From positions 248,001 to 312,000 of the forward strand of contig CAXBME010000004.1 of the NCBI GenBank assembly GCA_963976765.1: DNA of 64,000 nt, written 5' to 3'. The notes beneath the pieces are model-generated. The model did no database searches. It saw nothing but the letters and a program-made list of their open reading frames with translations, and had not been told where the DNA came from. A program made the position numbers and the translations under genes. This document shows positions 28,720-38,363 of the stretch, in pieces. Each line of letters begins with the position of its first letter. The stretch's first letter is position 1. Source of the stretch: an uncultured Planctomycetaceae bacterium. Its GTDB lineage: Bacteria; Planctomycetota; Planctomycetia; Planctomycetales; Planctomycetaceae.

Positions 28720-29916
28720 ATGAATTTCAAAACCCGTCCAGCAGTCGCATTGCATGTCGAGTCATCTCGGGCGTACGGTCGAGAGCTTTTGCAGGGGGTG
28801 GCCCTGTATGCTCGGACGCGAGGAAACTGGACGCTGCTGCATCAGGAGATGTCGCTCGATTCGGAATTGCCGGCGTGGATCAGGAACAGCTCAGTCAGTG
28901 GTGTGATCGCCCGAGTGGACACCCACACTGTGGACGCTCTTCGCGAGCTGCAAGTGCCGATCGTCGATGTTCGCTGCCATCGACAGTTTGCCGGAATCCC
29001 GCAGGTTGATACGGACAACCACCGCGTCGCTGAACTGGCATTCGAGCATCTGTGGGATCGCGGCTTCCGCAGCTTCGCGTGGTGCGGCTATCAGTTTGCT
29101 ACTTATTCAGACGAGCGACTCAAAGCGTTTCGCGAGTTTGTAACAAACTCCGGGCACCCGTTGTCCGTCTATCAGTCGAGAAGTGAACTGAACACGTCTC
29201 TGACAACGATCGAGCAAAGCGGTATCACGGACGTCGAACCGTTGTCCAGGTGGCTCACATCACTGGACCGTCCAACGGGACTGTTTGTCTGCAACGACAT
29301 TCGCGGACAGCAGGTTCTGAACGTCTGCCGGAGACTTGAGATCGCCGTCCCCGACGACATCGCGGTCATTGGGGTCGATGATGACGAAGCCGTCTGCCAG
29401 CTCTCGACTCCGCCGCTTTCGAGCGTTCGACCGGATGCGGCCAGTGTGGGTTATCGCGCGGCTGAAATTCTCGACGGCATGATGCAGGGGATCATGGCGC
29501 CGCATGACAAAGAAACGATTTCACCCACTGGCGTCGTCGAGCGTCTCTCGACACAGGTCGTCGCCGTCGCCGATCGGGAACTCGCCCGGGTCTGCCGCTT
29601 CATCCGCGAGAACGCCTGCCGGGACATCAAAGTGGGCGACATCATCCAGTTCAGTTCACTCTCCCGCCGCCAACTGGAGCGAAGATTCCGCGATGAACTG
29701 GGACACACACCACACGAGGAAATCACCGCCGTCCAGATCAGACGTGTCAAACAACTGTTAGCTGAAACAACCATGACACTGGAACAGATCGCGCCCCTCG
29801 CCGGCTATAAGCACAAAGAGAGTTTGAGCGCTGTCTTCAAGCGCGAGACCGGAGAAACCCCGGGCGACTATCGAAAGAAACACGCAATCACCGTTCGTGA
29901 CGAATGTCCATCGTAG
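28720..29916 (+). CDS. XylR-family transcriptional regulator (LacI-type sensor + AraC HTH)
   Basis: ESSRAYGRELLQGV, VPDDIAVIGVD, PPLSSV, SRRQLERRFR, FKRETGETPGDYR. Confidence 0.92.
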   Translation: MNFKTRPAVALHVESSRAYGRELLQGVALYARTRGNWTLLHQEMSLDSELPAWIRNSSVSGVIARVDTHTVDALRELQVPIVDVRCHRQFAGIPQVDTDNHRVAELAFEHLWDRGFRSFAWCGYQFATYSDERLKAFREFVTNSGHPLSVYQSRSELNTSLTTIEQSGITDVEPLSRWLTSLDRPTGLFVCNDIRGQQVLNVCRRLEIAVPDDIAVIGVDDDEAVCQLSTPPLSSVRPDAASVGYRAAEILDGMMQGIMAPHDKETISPTGVVERLSTQVVAVADRELARVCRFIRENACRDIKVGDIIQFSSLSRRQLERRFRDELGHTPHEEITAVQIRRVKQLLAETTMTLEQIAPLAGYKHKESLSAVFKRETGETPGDYRKKHAITVRDECPS

Positions 29917-29940
29917 CCAACACATTCGGGATGCCTGAAG

Positions 29941-31200
29941 GTGGCGAGTTGTGACTGCCTCTCATTAAGTGATGCACAACCTGTTCCGTCCAGTCTGAAG
30001 AAAAACGAGGAAGCTCTGTCACTCGGTAACACGGATGGTGTTCAGGAGTGGCGACTGGCCGGCGATGATCAAGCTCTACTCAGCAACGTTGTCGTGGCCC
30101 GCCTGACTCTTGCGCAATCGCAACTTGAAGAAGAACACTTCGAGCAAGCCGTCGAAGTTTTCAACAGTGCGCCATCATCGGTGACTAAAGCGATCGGTGA
30201 CGGCAGTGAAGGTCGTCCGACCGTTGGAATCCGCAGCGTCGCGTTCGCAAGACTCGCCTACACAACGCTGACCAAAGCACACCTCGGAGCGAAACAGCCT
30301 GACCAGGCACGATCAGCCATGACGACGCTCAGTAAGATCGCCGGTGCGGATGATCCTGCTGCTCTGGCGCAGCTTCATCTGGAACTCAGTTCGGAAATGG
30401 CAGTTTCCTACACGAAGCTGGCCACTGAAGGACAGGAGAATATCGAGCTGTTAACCACCACCGCAGCGTCGCTCGAGCAGGTGACAACACACGCCGCCAG
30501 CCTGTCCCCCGCCACTCTCATTAGAGCCGCCGAAACGGCCAGCAACCTCGCCGAATCCATCACCGTTCAGGACGATGCACAAGTTGTCTGCGGACAGGCA
30601 GCAACCCTTTACCAGACGATCCTCGACGCAGAACTGTCGAATGCTGACAACGAACAGGCCATTCGCTTTCGACTCGCTGCTGCACTTGGCAAGGCCCGAC
30701 GGTTCGAAGACTCACTGGCGTTGTACAACCAGCTGTCAGCAGAACAACCCAACATCTTCGACGCGCAGTTTACAGCCGCTCAGGTCATGCAGGCGTGGGT
30801 GAAAACGCAAAACGAGCCGGACCTGCTCGTGCGAGCCATTACCAGCGATTCAGAGAAACCTGCGGTCTGAGGCTGGGCGAAGCTGTCTTTGACCTGGCAT
30901 CGTTTACTGGCGCGACAAGAAACCAACGAGAAGTACCGCGACCGTTTTCTCGAAACCAGACTCCATCTCGCCGAATGCCGACTCAGTGACGCTCGGCTCC
31001 TGACCCGTTCTGAAAGTGCAAAGAAGCAGAGTGACGAACTGGAAAATCGATGCGCGAACTGGCAACCATGGCTCGAACCAGTGGCTACTTTGATGCTCCT
31101 GCCTGGAAGCAGCTGGACAGTATCTATTGAGAAATCCAGACAGAACTCAACCGTTCCCCCGCGCCACTTTTCACTTCGCCGGCCACTCCACCGAGCTCCC
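29941..31200 (+). pseudogene. Decayed TPR-like helical protein gene
   Basis: In-frame TGA at 30868-30870 (..KPAV*GWAKL..), a -1 frameshift in the A-run at 31043-31046, a second TGA at 31128-31130, and no convincing 5' start. Confidence 0.7.
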
Positions 31201-31802
31201 CTCTTTTCGACAAAAATATTCAGGTGTTGCAGATCGACGATTTCGACGTGTCACCGATGGCTCGCTCGCGAAGCTCCTTTCGCTACGACTCACGTAGAGT
31301 TGACGATCCGGCGTGCTTTTGCCGTCGTCAAGTTGCTGTCTGAGCACCGTTGGTCGGAATGAGGACTGGATTCAGGAGCGACACTGAGAATTAGAGCGGC
31401 GATCCGTTAAACAAAGGGGTTATGAAATCGAGCTTGCTGAAGTGCTGGTCGCCTCATCTTCCCGTTCAGTACGCGGCTCGCGACGGTGCTCGAAAACCGG
31501 TCGCGACTGCCTCCGCAAGAATCACACATGCCCACACTCTATGCAGAGAAGCTTCTCAGTGAATCCGGCTGGGCCTCTGATGCTGGCCATTCCACGAAAT
31601 GCTGAAATATTCCTGGCGGACGCCCCGGACACGATGGCGGCGATATTTTCGGTCACCGAAATGGCGGCCCGAGCAATGTATGCGGCAGCCAACTCCTGAT
31701 TTCTGCCTGCACGGCGTTGAAGCCTGACGCGCCTGCACCGACTCCGAGCACGTTCACAACGACTGTCGCTTGCCGGGTTCTGGTCCAGCTTGCTCAATTG
31801 TA

Positions 31803-31818
31803 CGGCACACCAGTTGCT
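31803..31818 (+). promoter_or_regulatory. Sigma54 (-24/-12) promoter upstream of amtB
   Basis: CGGCACACCAGTTGCT = GG-N10-GC; NtrC-like TGCACCGACTCCGAGCA at 31734-31750. Confidence 0.7.
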
Positions 31819-32008
31819 TTGCCCGTTGTCCACGCATGGTTCGTCAACCAGCGAGCAGAGGACAGCCGCAGAAATCAGCGGAATCCTTTAAAAGGTGATC
31901 GGAGCTACTGATGTCGAGGACGGCAGAGATGCATCGACCGCAAGCAACCGGCTCGCTGGAAACGTCTTCCCTTCTTTGATTCAGAATTCAGGTGTGAGGT
32001 AACTGGAA

Positions 32009-33454
32009 ATGTCGACGCTCGTACGCAACTGGCTGTTGCCAGCACTTTTGATGGTCACCGTCATGGCAGTTCCCATGGCGTCCTTAGTCGCCCAGGACGA
32101 CTCTGGAGGTGAGTCTGCCGCCAGCGCAACTGAGGATGGCTCCACGGCAGAGACGCCTGATGAAGAAGCTGCTCCCGTCGGCGAAGAGTCGGCACCTGTC
32201 ACCAGCGAATCGCTAGCTGCTGTCGAATTTCTGGTTCACAACCTGTGGATCATGCTGGCCGGGATGCTGGTCTTCATCATGCACCTGGGATTCGCGACTC
32301 TGGAAAGCGGCCTGACCCGTTCGAAAAACACGGTCAACATTCTGTTCAAGAATACGATGATCGTGTGCATCGGACTTCTGACCTACGGATTCGTCGGCTT
32401 CAATCTGATGTACCCTGGATTCGCCGATGGGACAGGCGACGAATTCTTTGGTTTTGCCGGCTTCGGTTTCCTGCTGAACGGACCAGCACAGCTTGCTGAT
32501 CCCGCATTTGCCGGCCCGGCCTACAACCCGTCTTACACGGCGTTTACGGACTTCTTCTTCCAGGGAATGTTTGCTGCAACGTGCTGCACGATCGTTTCCG
32601 GAGCCGTCGCAGGACGAATCAAACTGTCGACGTTCCTGGTCTTTGCCACGCTGTTTGTCTCGATCAGCTATCCGATCACCGGCTCATGGAAATGGGGCTA
32701 CGGCTGGCTCCACGATGCAGGCTTCTACGATTTCGCAGGATCAACACTGGTGCATTCGGTCGGTGGCTGGGGAGCACTGGTCATGGCAACTCTGCTGGGA
32801 GCTCGCAAGGGTAAGTACATTGATGGCCGATCCGTTCCAATTCCCGCCAGCAATATGCCGCTGGCAGCGATCGGAGTCTTCCTGCTGTGGTTCGGCTGGT
32901 TTGGATTCAACGGCGGTTCAGTTCTGAGTGCCGATCCCGGCCTGGTTTCACTGACACTTGTCACAACCTCAATGGCTGCTGCTGCGGGTGGATTGTCTGC
33001 TGCGATTACCTCGTGGGTCGCTGCCGGTAAACCGGATTTGAGTATGGCTCTCAATGGTATTCTGGCAGGCCTGGTCGGTATCACCGCCGGAGCCGATCAA
33101 ATGAGCTGCCTCGACGCGATCATCATCGGACTGATTGCCGGAGTCATCGTTTACTTCACCGTCATCTTCGTCGACACAAAACTGAAGATTGACGATCCAG
33201 TCGGAGCGATCAGCGTTCACCTTGTCTGTGGTATCTTCGGAACTCTCTGCGTGGGGCTTTTCGGAGCCATGGCAGGAACCGAGCAGTTGATCACACAGAT
33301 CAAAGGCATTGTGGCCATCGGAGTCTTCACTGTCGCCTTCTGCCTGATTGTTGGCCTGGCCCTGAAAGCGACAATGGGACTGCGAGTCAGCGAGCAGGAA
33401 GAAATCGAAGGACTGGATATCGGCGAACACGGCATGCAGGCTTACACTCACTAA
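32009..33454 (+). CDS. amtB: Ammonium transporter
   Basis: MHLGFATLESG, DFAGSTLVHSVGG, WFGWFGFNGGS, DDPVGAISVH, GLDIGEHG; twin-His pair present. Confidence 0.96.
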   Translation: MSTLVRNWLLPALLMVTVMAVPMASLVAQDDSGGESAASATEDGSTAETPDEEAAPVGEESAPVTSESLAAVEFLVHNLWIMLAGMLVFIMHLGFATLESGLTRSKNTVNILFKNTMIVCIGLLTYGFVGFNLMYPGFADGTGDEFFGFAGFGFLLNGPAQLADPAFAGPAYNPSYTAFTDFFFQGMFAATCCTIVSGAVAGRIKLSTFLVFATLFVSISYPITGSWKWGYGWLHDAGFYDFAGSTLVHSVGGWGALVMATLLGARKGKYIDGRSVPIPASNMPLAAIGVFLLWFGWFGFNGGSVLSADPGLVSLTLVTTSMAAAAGGLSAAITSWVAAGKPDLSMALNGILAGLVGITAGADQMSCLDAIIIGLIAGVIVYFTVIFVDTKLKIDDPVGAISVHLVCGIFGTLCVGLFGAMAGTEQLITQIKGIVAIGVFTVAFCLIVGLALKATMGLRVSEQEEIEGLDIGEHGMQAYTH

Positions 33455-33483
33455 GTACTGACTGCCTGTTCCAGACCCCTGTG

Positions 33484-33556
33484 GGAAGGCGGGATCGGTT
33501 ACACGACCTGTTGATTCAAGTCGCTCCGGTCTCCCCGGAAAGCTGACCGACCCGAT
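33484..33556. other. Long imperfect hairpin just downstream of amtB
   Basis: GGAAGGCGGGATCGG pairs with CCGATTCCGCCTTCC (~33552-33566). Confidence 0.45.
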
Positions 33557-33608
33557 TCCGCCTTCCTCATTTTCTTTGACGAGTAAAACCTGACCGACTG
33601 ATGAAAAC

Positions 33609-33647
33609 AAAACGCGGGACGGCAGCCCAATTGCCGTCCCGCGTTTT
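33609..33647. terminator. Bidirectional rho-independent terminator between convergent genes
   Basis: 16-bp stem AAAACGCGGGACGGCA / TGCCGTCCCGCGTTTT with A/T tails on both sides. Confidence 0.85.
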
Positions 33648-33697
33648 TCGTTTCAAGAGTTTGATCGTCAAGCTTTCCCAACGTATTCGCGATCTGA

Positions 33698-34759
33698 TCA
33701 GTCATCATCGTCGTCAATCGGAGCCTGTATCGAAGCGTCCTCTCCAATCAGCCAGGCCTGGCGACCGATCAGTCGTGCCGAAATGAAAATACCAGCAGCG
33801 ATGACCGGCCCGGAAACAATTCCCGCGAGGATCGGAACGAACATCGCCAGCGGAATCAGAATGACTCCGACCGTCAACCAGAGGCAGAACAACAGCGCGA
33901 GCATCTGCAGCCACGCCAGCGGAATGCTGACCAGGCTGCGAAGCGTCATTTCCGAATACGGCAGGAAGATCGAGTCAGCATCGAGTGCCGAAAGGATCGC
34001 CGGGGGAAACAGGACTCCATGAATAATCAGCACGGGAGGGCCAATCATCCCAACAACTGACTGTAACGGATACGCGATGAGGTAGCTGACGAATCCCGAT
34101 AAAAAGAAGACGTAAAGGACAGTCATCAGATCAACCATCCATTCACGGACGCCGCCTTCCGGCCAGCCTTCCACTTTGTTGAGTCCTGCGCCGGTGTCTT
34201 GAATGATCGAAAAGACGCACGACGATGCGTAAGACAAGGCCCACGTCGCAACGGTTATTTGTGCGACAGTCAGAAACAAACCAGGAATCGCGCCGATCAG
34301 CCCCGCTTCTGAAGCCAGCCAGAAGTTGACCGCCATGATTCCACCATTGATGGCGAGTCCCCCGGAAATCATGCCCCACCGAACCAGCGTTTCAGCATCG
34401 CTCCACGGAAACTGAAACACGTTCGACAGGAATGGTCGCCTGGGAGGTTTCGGTCGCTGGCGAACATTTCGAATCTTCGCCTGCTCTTCAAAGATTCTGA
34501 CCGGTGGCAGTTCCGGAGATTCGATCGGTGCATGGAGAGCGTATGGCACGTGCTCCTCGGGCTGGTTCGGTTCGCTGAGTTTTTCTACGGCCAGCTTCTG
34601 CTGATACTCCTCAAGCGTTGGGATCTGAATCGACGTGAAGCAGTCCGGGCATTTGATTCGACGGCCGGCGAACTTTGCCTTCGGAGTCACTCGCGTATTG
34701 CAGACTTTGCAGTATGCCGCGATGTAAGTTTTTTTCTTCGATCGCGAAGAATCGCTCAC
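33698..34759 (-). CDS. Membrane protein with N-terminal zinc ribbon
   Basis: CKVC...CPDC followed by about six hydrophobic segments. Confidence 0.8.
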   Translation of the reverse strand: MSDSSRSKKKTYIAAYCKVCNTRVTPKAKFAGRRIKCPDCFTSIQIPTLEEYQQKLAVEKLSEPNQPEEHVPYALHAPIESPELPPVRIFEEQAKIRNVRQRPKPPRRPFLSNVFQFPWSDAETLVRWGMISGGLAINGGIMAVNFWLASEAGLIGAIPGLFLTVAQITVATWALSYASSCVFSIIQDTGAGLNKVEGWPEGGVREWMVDLMTVLYVFFLSGFVSYLIAYPLQSVVGMIGPPVLIIHGVLFPPAILSALDADSIFLPYSEMTLRSLVSIPLAWLQMLALLFCLWLTVGVILIPLAMFVPILAGIVSGPVIAAGIFISARLIGRQAWLIGEDASIQAPIDDDDD

Positions 34760-34777
34760 AGGTCCGATTCCCGGTTC

Positions 34778-35311
34778 TTAAGAAAACAGCCTTTTCTGTC
34801 GTGAGATCTGATCGTCGTCTTCCATCGGTTCAGAAATCGGCACAACCTCGTCACCGACTCGAATCGTTCCGGCCTGTAATACTCGAACGGTGATGCCTCC
34901 GTGCCCCCGCATGGCGTTGTAGCCGCCTGTTCCGAGAACTTCAGCCATCCTGGAACAAGGTGCGCACGGGCCAGTTCCTTCCAGAATTGCATCGCCAATG
35001 CGGAACGTCTGATTCTTCAAAGCGATCAAGTTGATTCCTGAGATAGCGAGATTTCGTCGAACTTCTTCAGGACGAATTTCGTCGCGGTTCAGCAATGCGG
35101 CGACAACGACCAGGTGCTCCTGCTGAATCATCGTTACCTGACGTTCAGACTTTCCACTTGTCGCGTGATGATCTCCGACCAGACCGGTACCAACCTCGAC
35201 ATTCACTTCCGAGACAATCTCGACGACTCCTCGTCGAGCAGTACACAGCCCGATCCACTCAACCCGACCGCTTTGACAATGTTCAACCTTCAGGTCTCGG
35301 ATGGTCTTCAA
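34778..35311 (-). CDS. MOSC domain protein
   Basis: GLVGDH, RQVTMIQQEH, RRNL, GPCAPCSRM, GHGGITVRV..GTIRVGD. Confidence 0.9.
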   Translation of the reverse strand: MKTIRDLKVEHCQSGRVEWIGLCTARRGVVEIVSEVNVEVGTGLVGDHHATSGKSERQVTMIQQEHLVVVAALLNRDEIRPEEVRRNLAISGINLIALKNQTFRIGDAILEGTGPCAPCSRMAEVLGTGGYNAMRGHGGITVRVLQAGTIRVGDEVVPISEPMEDDDQISRQKRLFS

Positions 35312-35483
35312 CGCTGACTCCGTTCACATCGAAAGGACAAATAGCCAAAACACTGAGTTGAAAAACGTAAAGGACGCGGAGAGTGTTAATCAGCTCTCCA
35401 CGTCCTCTGTGAGAAACTCTGTGGTCTCTGCGATTTGTCCTTCAAAACAAAGTTGGCCGGAACGAAACCGACAAACCCAGGAA

Positions 35484-36158
35484 TTACTTGCGGAACGTTC
35501 CCAGAAACGCGCTGCGGATTCCTCGATTAACAAATCGTGTGCCGAGTTTTTCGCCCTGCCACGACAGCTTCAGCGAGTAGGCCGGGCTGGCGTTATCAAT
35601 CTTCGTCAGCGGTTGGTAGAAGACCGTTTCGTTCGTGCAGACGCAGTCGCCTTTTTCCAGCTTGCGAGTTCTGATCTCGGCCATGTCTCCCGCTTTGAAA
35701 ACTCCAATATTGTCGATGTGGTCGTTCTCCAACTCGAACGGAACCCGCTCCACATTCACGACATTTCCCGACAGTTCTTTGGTCGAGTTCTTCACAAAGG
35801 CGACCAGTGCTTCGTGTTGCTCCAATGAAGCTTTTTCATCGACCAGGACAACCGACTTCACTTTGCCAGCCTGCATCGGAAAGACGCCGTCGTAGCCGAG
35901 CGTTCCCTGAGCATGCAGAATCAACGCCGCACCGAGGCCATCAAGCTTGACGTCGTTCCAGGTTCCCTTGTCGACTTTCCAGGCCATCAATGCTTCTTTG
36001 CCAGTGAGGCTCATTTCGGCATTTGCGAAACACGGGCCGGTATAAACGTTGCACGTTCGAGCTTCGAGATACTCACCAGTGATCTGAGCGGCCTCGACGA
36101 ACTGACTCAAACTCGCGACCAGAATTACCAGCAGGGCGACGGGTAGAGTTCTCATCAT
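35484..36158 (-). CDS. DUF1326-like secreted protein
   Basis: GEYLEARTCNVYTGPCFANAE motif; signal peptide. Confidence 0.75.
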   Translation of the reverse strand: MMRTLPVALLVILVASLSQFVEAAQITGEYLEARTCNVYTGPCFANAEMSLTGKEALMAWKVDKGTWNDVKLDGLGAALILHAQGTLGYDGVFPMQAGKVKSVVLVDEKASLEQHEALVAFVKNSTKELSGNVVNVERVPFELENDHIDNIGVFKAGDMAEIRTRKLEKGDCVCTNETVFYQPLTKIDNASPAYSLKLSWQGEKLGTRFVNRGIRSAFLGTFRK

Positions 36159-36280
36159 CAGAGTTCCTTTTGAAAACGCGTAGAAGAATCAAACAGCGGT
36201 CTTCTCAATGAACCCGGCAAGGCCAACACTCAGCCTGGCCGATGCCTCAAGACACATCGCGAAAGAATGTCGCAAAATTC

Positions 36281-37627
36281 TTAACCCATTACTTCGACGA
36301 TGGGAGTCGAGTCGCTGACCAGGTGCGTGGGGCGACCTTGCGGAGTGTAGTAGACCCTGTCAGGATCGATGCCGAGTTTGGTGTAAATGGTCGAGACGAA
36401 GTTCTCCGGAGAGAGAACCCGTTCAACGGCTGAGTAACCGTTTTTGTCCGTGGCTCCGACAACTACTCCGCCGGGCGTTCCGCCGCCGGCCATCAGGACG
36501 GACATCGCGTTGGCCCAGTGATCCCGCCCGGCTTTCGTCTGCCCCGACAGTGTCGAGATCTTCGGCGTACGACCGAACTCGCCGAGCGCGATGACCAGTG
36601 TTGAATCAAGCAGTCCTCGTTCGTCGAGATCTTCGATCAACGTGGCGACCGAGTTGTCCCAGTTCGGCAGACGCTTGCTGCAGGCTCCGAAGAGATCGCT
36701 GTGATGATCCCAGCCGCCGTCGTAAACCGTAGTGAACGGAACTCCCGCTTCGACCAGACGTCGCGCGAGCAGGCAGCGCTGCCCGAACGAATCTCGACCA
36801 AAACGCTCGCGAACTTCGTCCGGCTCTTTGTGAATATCGAAAGCTTCCTGCGCGGCTGGCGATGTAATCAGGTTGAAACCTTGTCGGTAATATTCATCCA
36901 GCGCAAGCACCGGGTCGCCAGCAGCTTCTTCGTTGATGCGCGGCAGCTTGTCGACGAGGCTGCGAAGTCCCGAGCGGTTGTGAAACCCGTCTGACGTCAG
37001 CCCTTTAGGAAGTGCAACATCCCGGACACGGAAGTTTGACGAGTTCGGATCATCGCCAACGACAAAGGGAGCGTACTTCGCACCGAGGAAATTCGGGCCG
37101 CCGGATCGAGACATGCGGGCCAGCGAAAAATAGGCCGGCAGACCGTCGTTCTTGCCGAGTTCTTTCGCGGCGACGGAACCGATGCTCGGGTGAAAGCTGA
37201 CGAACGCGCCGCAGCCAACCGGAATTCGAGGCGGAGCACCGGTCATCATGTAGTGATTGCCGGCTCCGTGATTCCCCTGGTTATGACGAATCGATCGGAT
37301 CAGCGAAAATCGGTCGTTGATCGAAGCCAGCTTCTTCATGTGTTGCGAGAAATGGACACCCGGCAACTTCGTCGCGATGGGGTCAAACTCGCCGCGAATT
37401 TCGGCGGGGGCCTCCGGTTTTGGGTCGAACGTCTCGAAGTGAGTTGGCCCGCCGTCCATCCAGATCAGGATGCAGTTCTGCGCTGCCGGTGCGATCTTTC
37501 GAACGGAATCCGCACTCAGCCCCTGATGACGCAACGCGTTGACCAGGCCGGTCCCAAAGAAACCGCCGAGCCCCAGCTTCAGGCAGTCTCGACGCGTAGT
37601 TCCTTCGCAATTTTTCCAGATGCCCAT
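36281..37627 (-). CDS. DUF1501 domain protein (Tat)
   Basis: TRRDCL, WMDGGPTHFETFDPKP, CLLARRLVEAGV, WDHH, GEFGRTPK, GRDHW. Confidence 0.92.
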   Translation of the reverse strand: MGIWKNCEGTTRRDCLKLGLGGFFGTGLVNALRHQGLSADSVRKIAPAAQNCILIWMDGGPTHFETFDPKPEAPAEIRGEFDPIATKLPGVHFSQHMKKLASINDRFSLIRSIRHNQGNHGAGNHYMMTGAPPRIPVGCGAFVSFHPSIGSVAAKELGKNDGLPAYFSLARMSRSGGPNFLGAKYAPFVVGDDPNSSNFRVRDVALPKGLTSDGFHNRSGLRSLVDKLPRINEEAAGDPVLALDEYYRQGFNLITSPAAQEAFDIHKEPDEVRERFGRDSFGQRCLLARRLVEAGVPFTTVYDGGWDHHSDLFGACSKRLPNWDNSVATLIEDLDERGLLDSTLVIALGEFGRTPKISTLSGQTKAGRDHWANAMSVLMAGGGTPGGVVVGATDKNGYSAVERVLSPENFVSTIYTKLGIDPDRVYYTPQGRPTHLVSDSTPIVEVMG

Positions 37628-37745
37628 CGAGCAACCCTGTCTTCTGTATGTTGAATTCAGCGGTGCAATGACCCGCTGCGAAACAGTGCAATCAGTATCC
37701 GAAGCCACTTGAATCACTGCAAGGCTGTCTGATCAGCGCAAATGC

Positions 37746-38111
37746 CTATCGCTCGTACCAGACACGGATGAACTGGTGCCACGTCGAAGAGATATCTCCC
37801 GAAGTTCTGATCGACGCGTCGGTCGTCCCTTCTTCGGCTGAATCCCAGACATTCGGCAGCACGACGGTTTCGACATTGAGCATTTTTACTGACTGAGTTT
37901 CAACGAAGGTGTTTGCGGCCCGCAGCGCCGCATCGAAGGATTCGTATTCAGCCGCTGAAAAAAAGCCACGACCAACCGTCTGTTGGGGAATGAAGTCTCG
38001 GTAGGCGATCAAGAGTTTCTCCTTGAAATGCTGGATGAATTTACGAGCCAGCTTCGAACGGTTCTCGGCGTGAATCTGTGCGAACATCGCTCGGCGGCGA
38101 TTACTTTTCAC
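37746..38111 (-). CDS. Hypothetical protein (start uncertain)
   Basis: ORF with protein-like C-terminal half (YRDFIP...NVETVVLPN...WHQFIRVWY). Confidence 0.6.
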   Translation of the reverse strand: MKSNRRRAMFAQIHAENRSKLARKFIQHFKEKLLIAYRDFIPQQTVGRGFFSAAEYESFDAALRAANTFVETQSVKMLNVETVVLPNVWDSAEEGTTDASIRTSGDISSTWHQFIRVWYER

Positions 38112-38296
38112 CGACCTGCCACCCGTTGTCCATCGGAGTCAGTGGTGTCGATTTCAGCGACACCGGACAACAGGTTGGACGAGTCGACTGTTCGTGTTCC
38201 GGGTTGAAACGATTTCGGTTGAACTGATTTCAGGCTCTGTATTTCCTGCCGTTTCTGCATTCTCCAACACTCTGATCGGATCACACATGATCAAAG

Positions 38297-38333
38297 AAAA
38301 AGCCCGGCTGGGTCGCAAAACCAGCCGGGCTTT
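38297..38333 (-). terminator. Rho-independent terminator of rny
   Basis: AAAGCCCGGCTGG / CCAGCCGGGCTTT stem with a U-tract on the minus strand. Confidence 0.8.
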
Positions 38334-38363
38334 GGCTATCAACATTCAACGTTGAAGCATCAA

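Noticed and set aside
30868..30870. TGA read-through (Trp recoding or selenocysteine)
   Set aside because: TGA ends intact genes here (e.g. lpxD, rny), and the same gene also has a frameshift and a second stop, so decay is the simpler explanation.
31200..31700. tRNA or att site at the island edge
   Set aside because: No cloverleaf, T-loop/CCA pattern or integrase was recognised.
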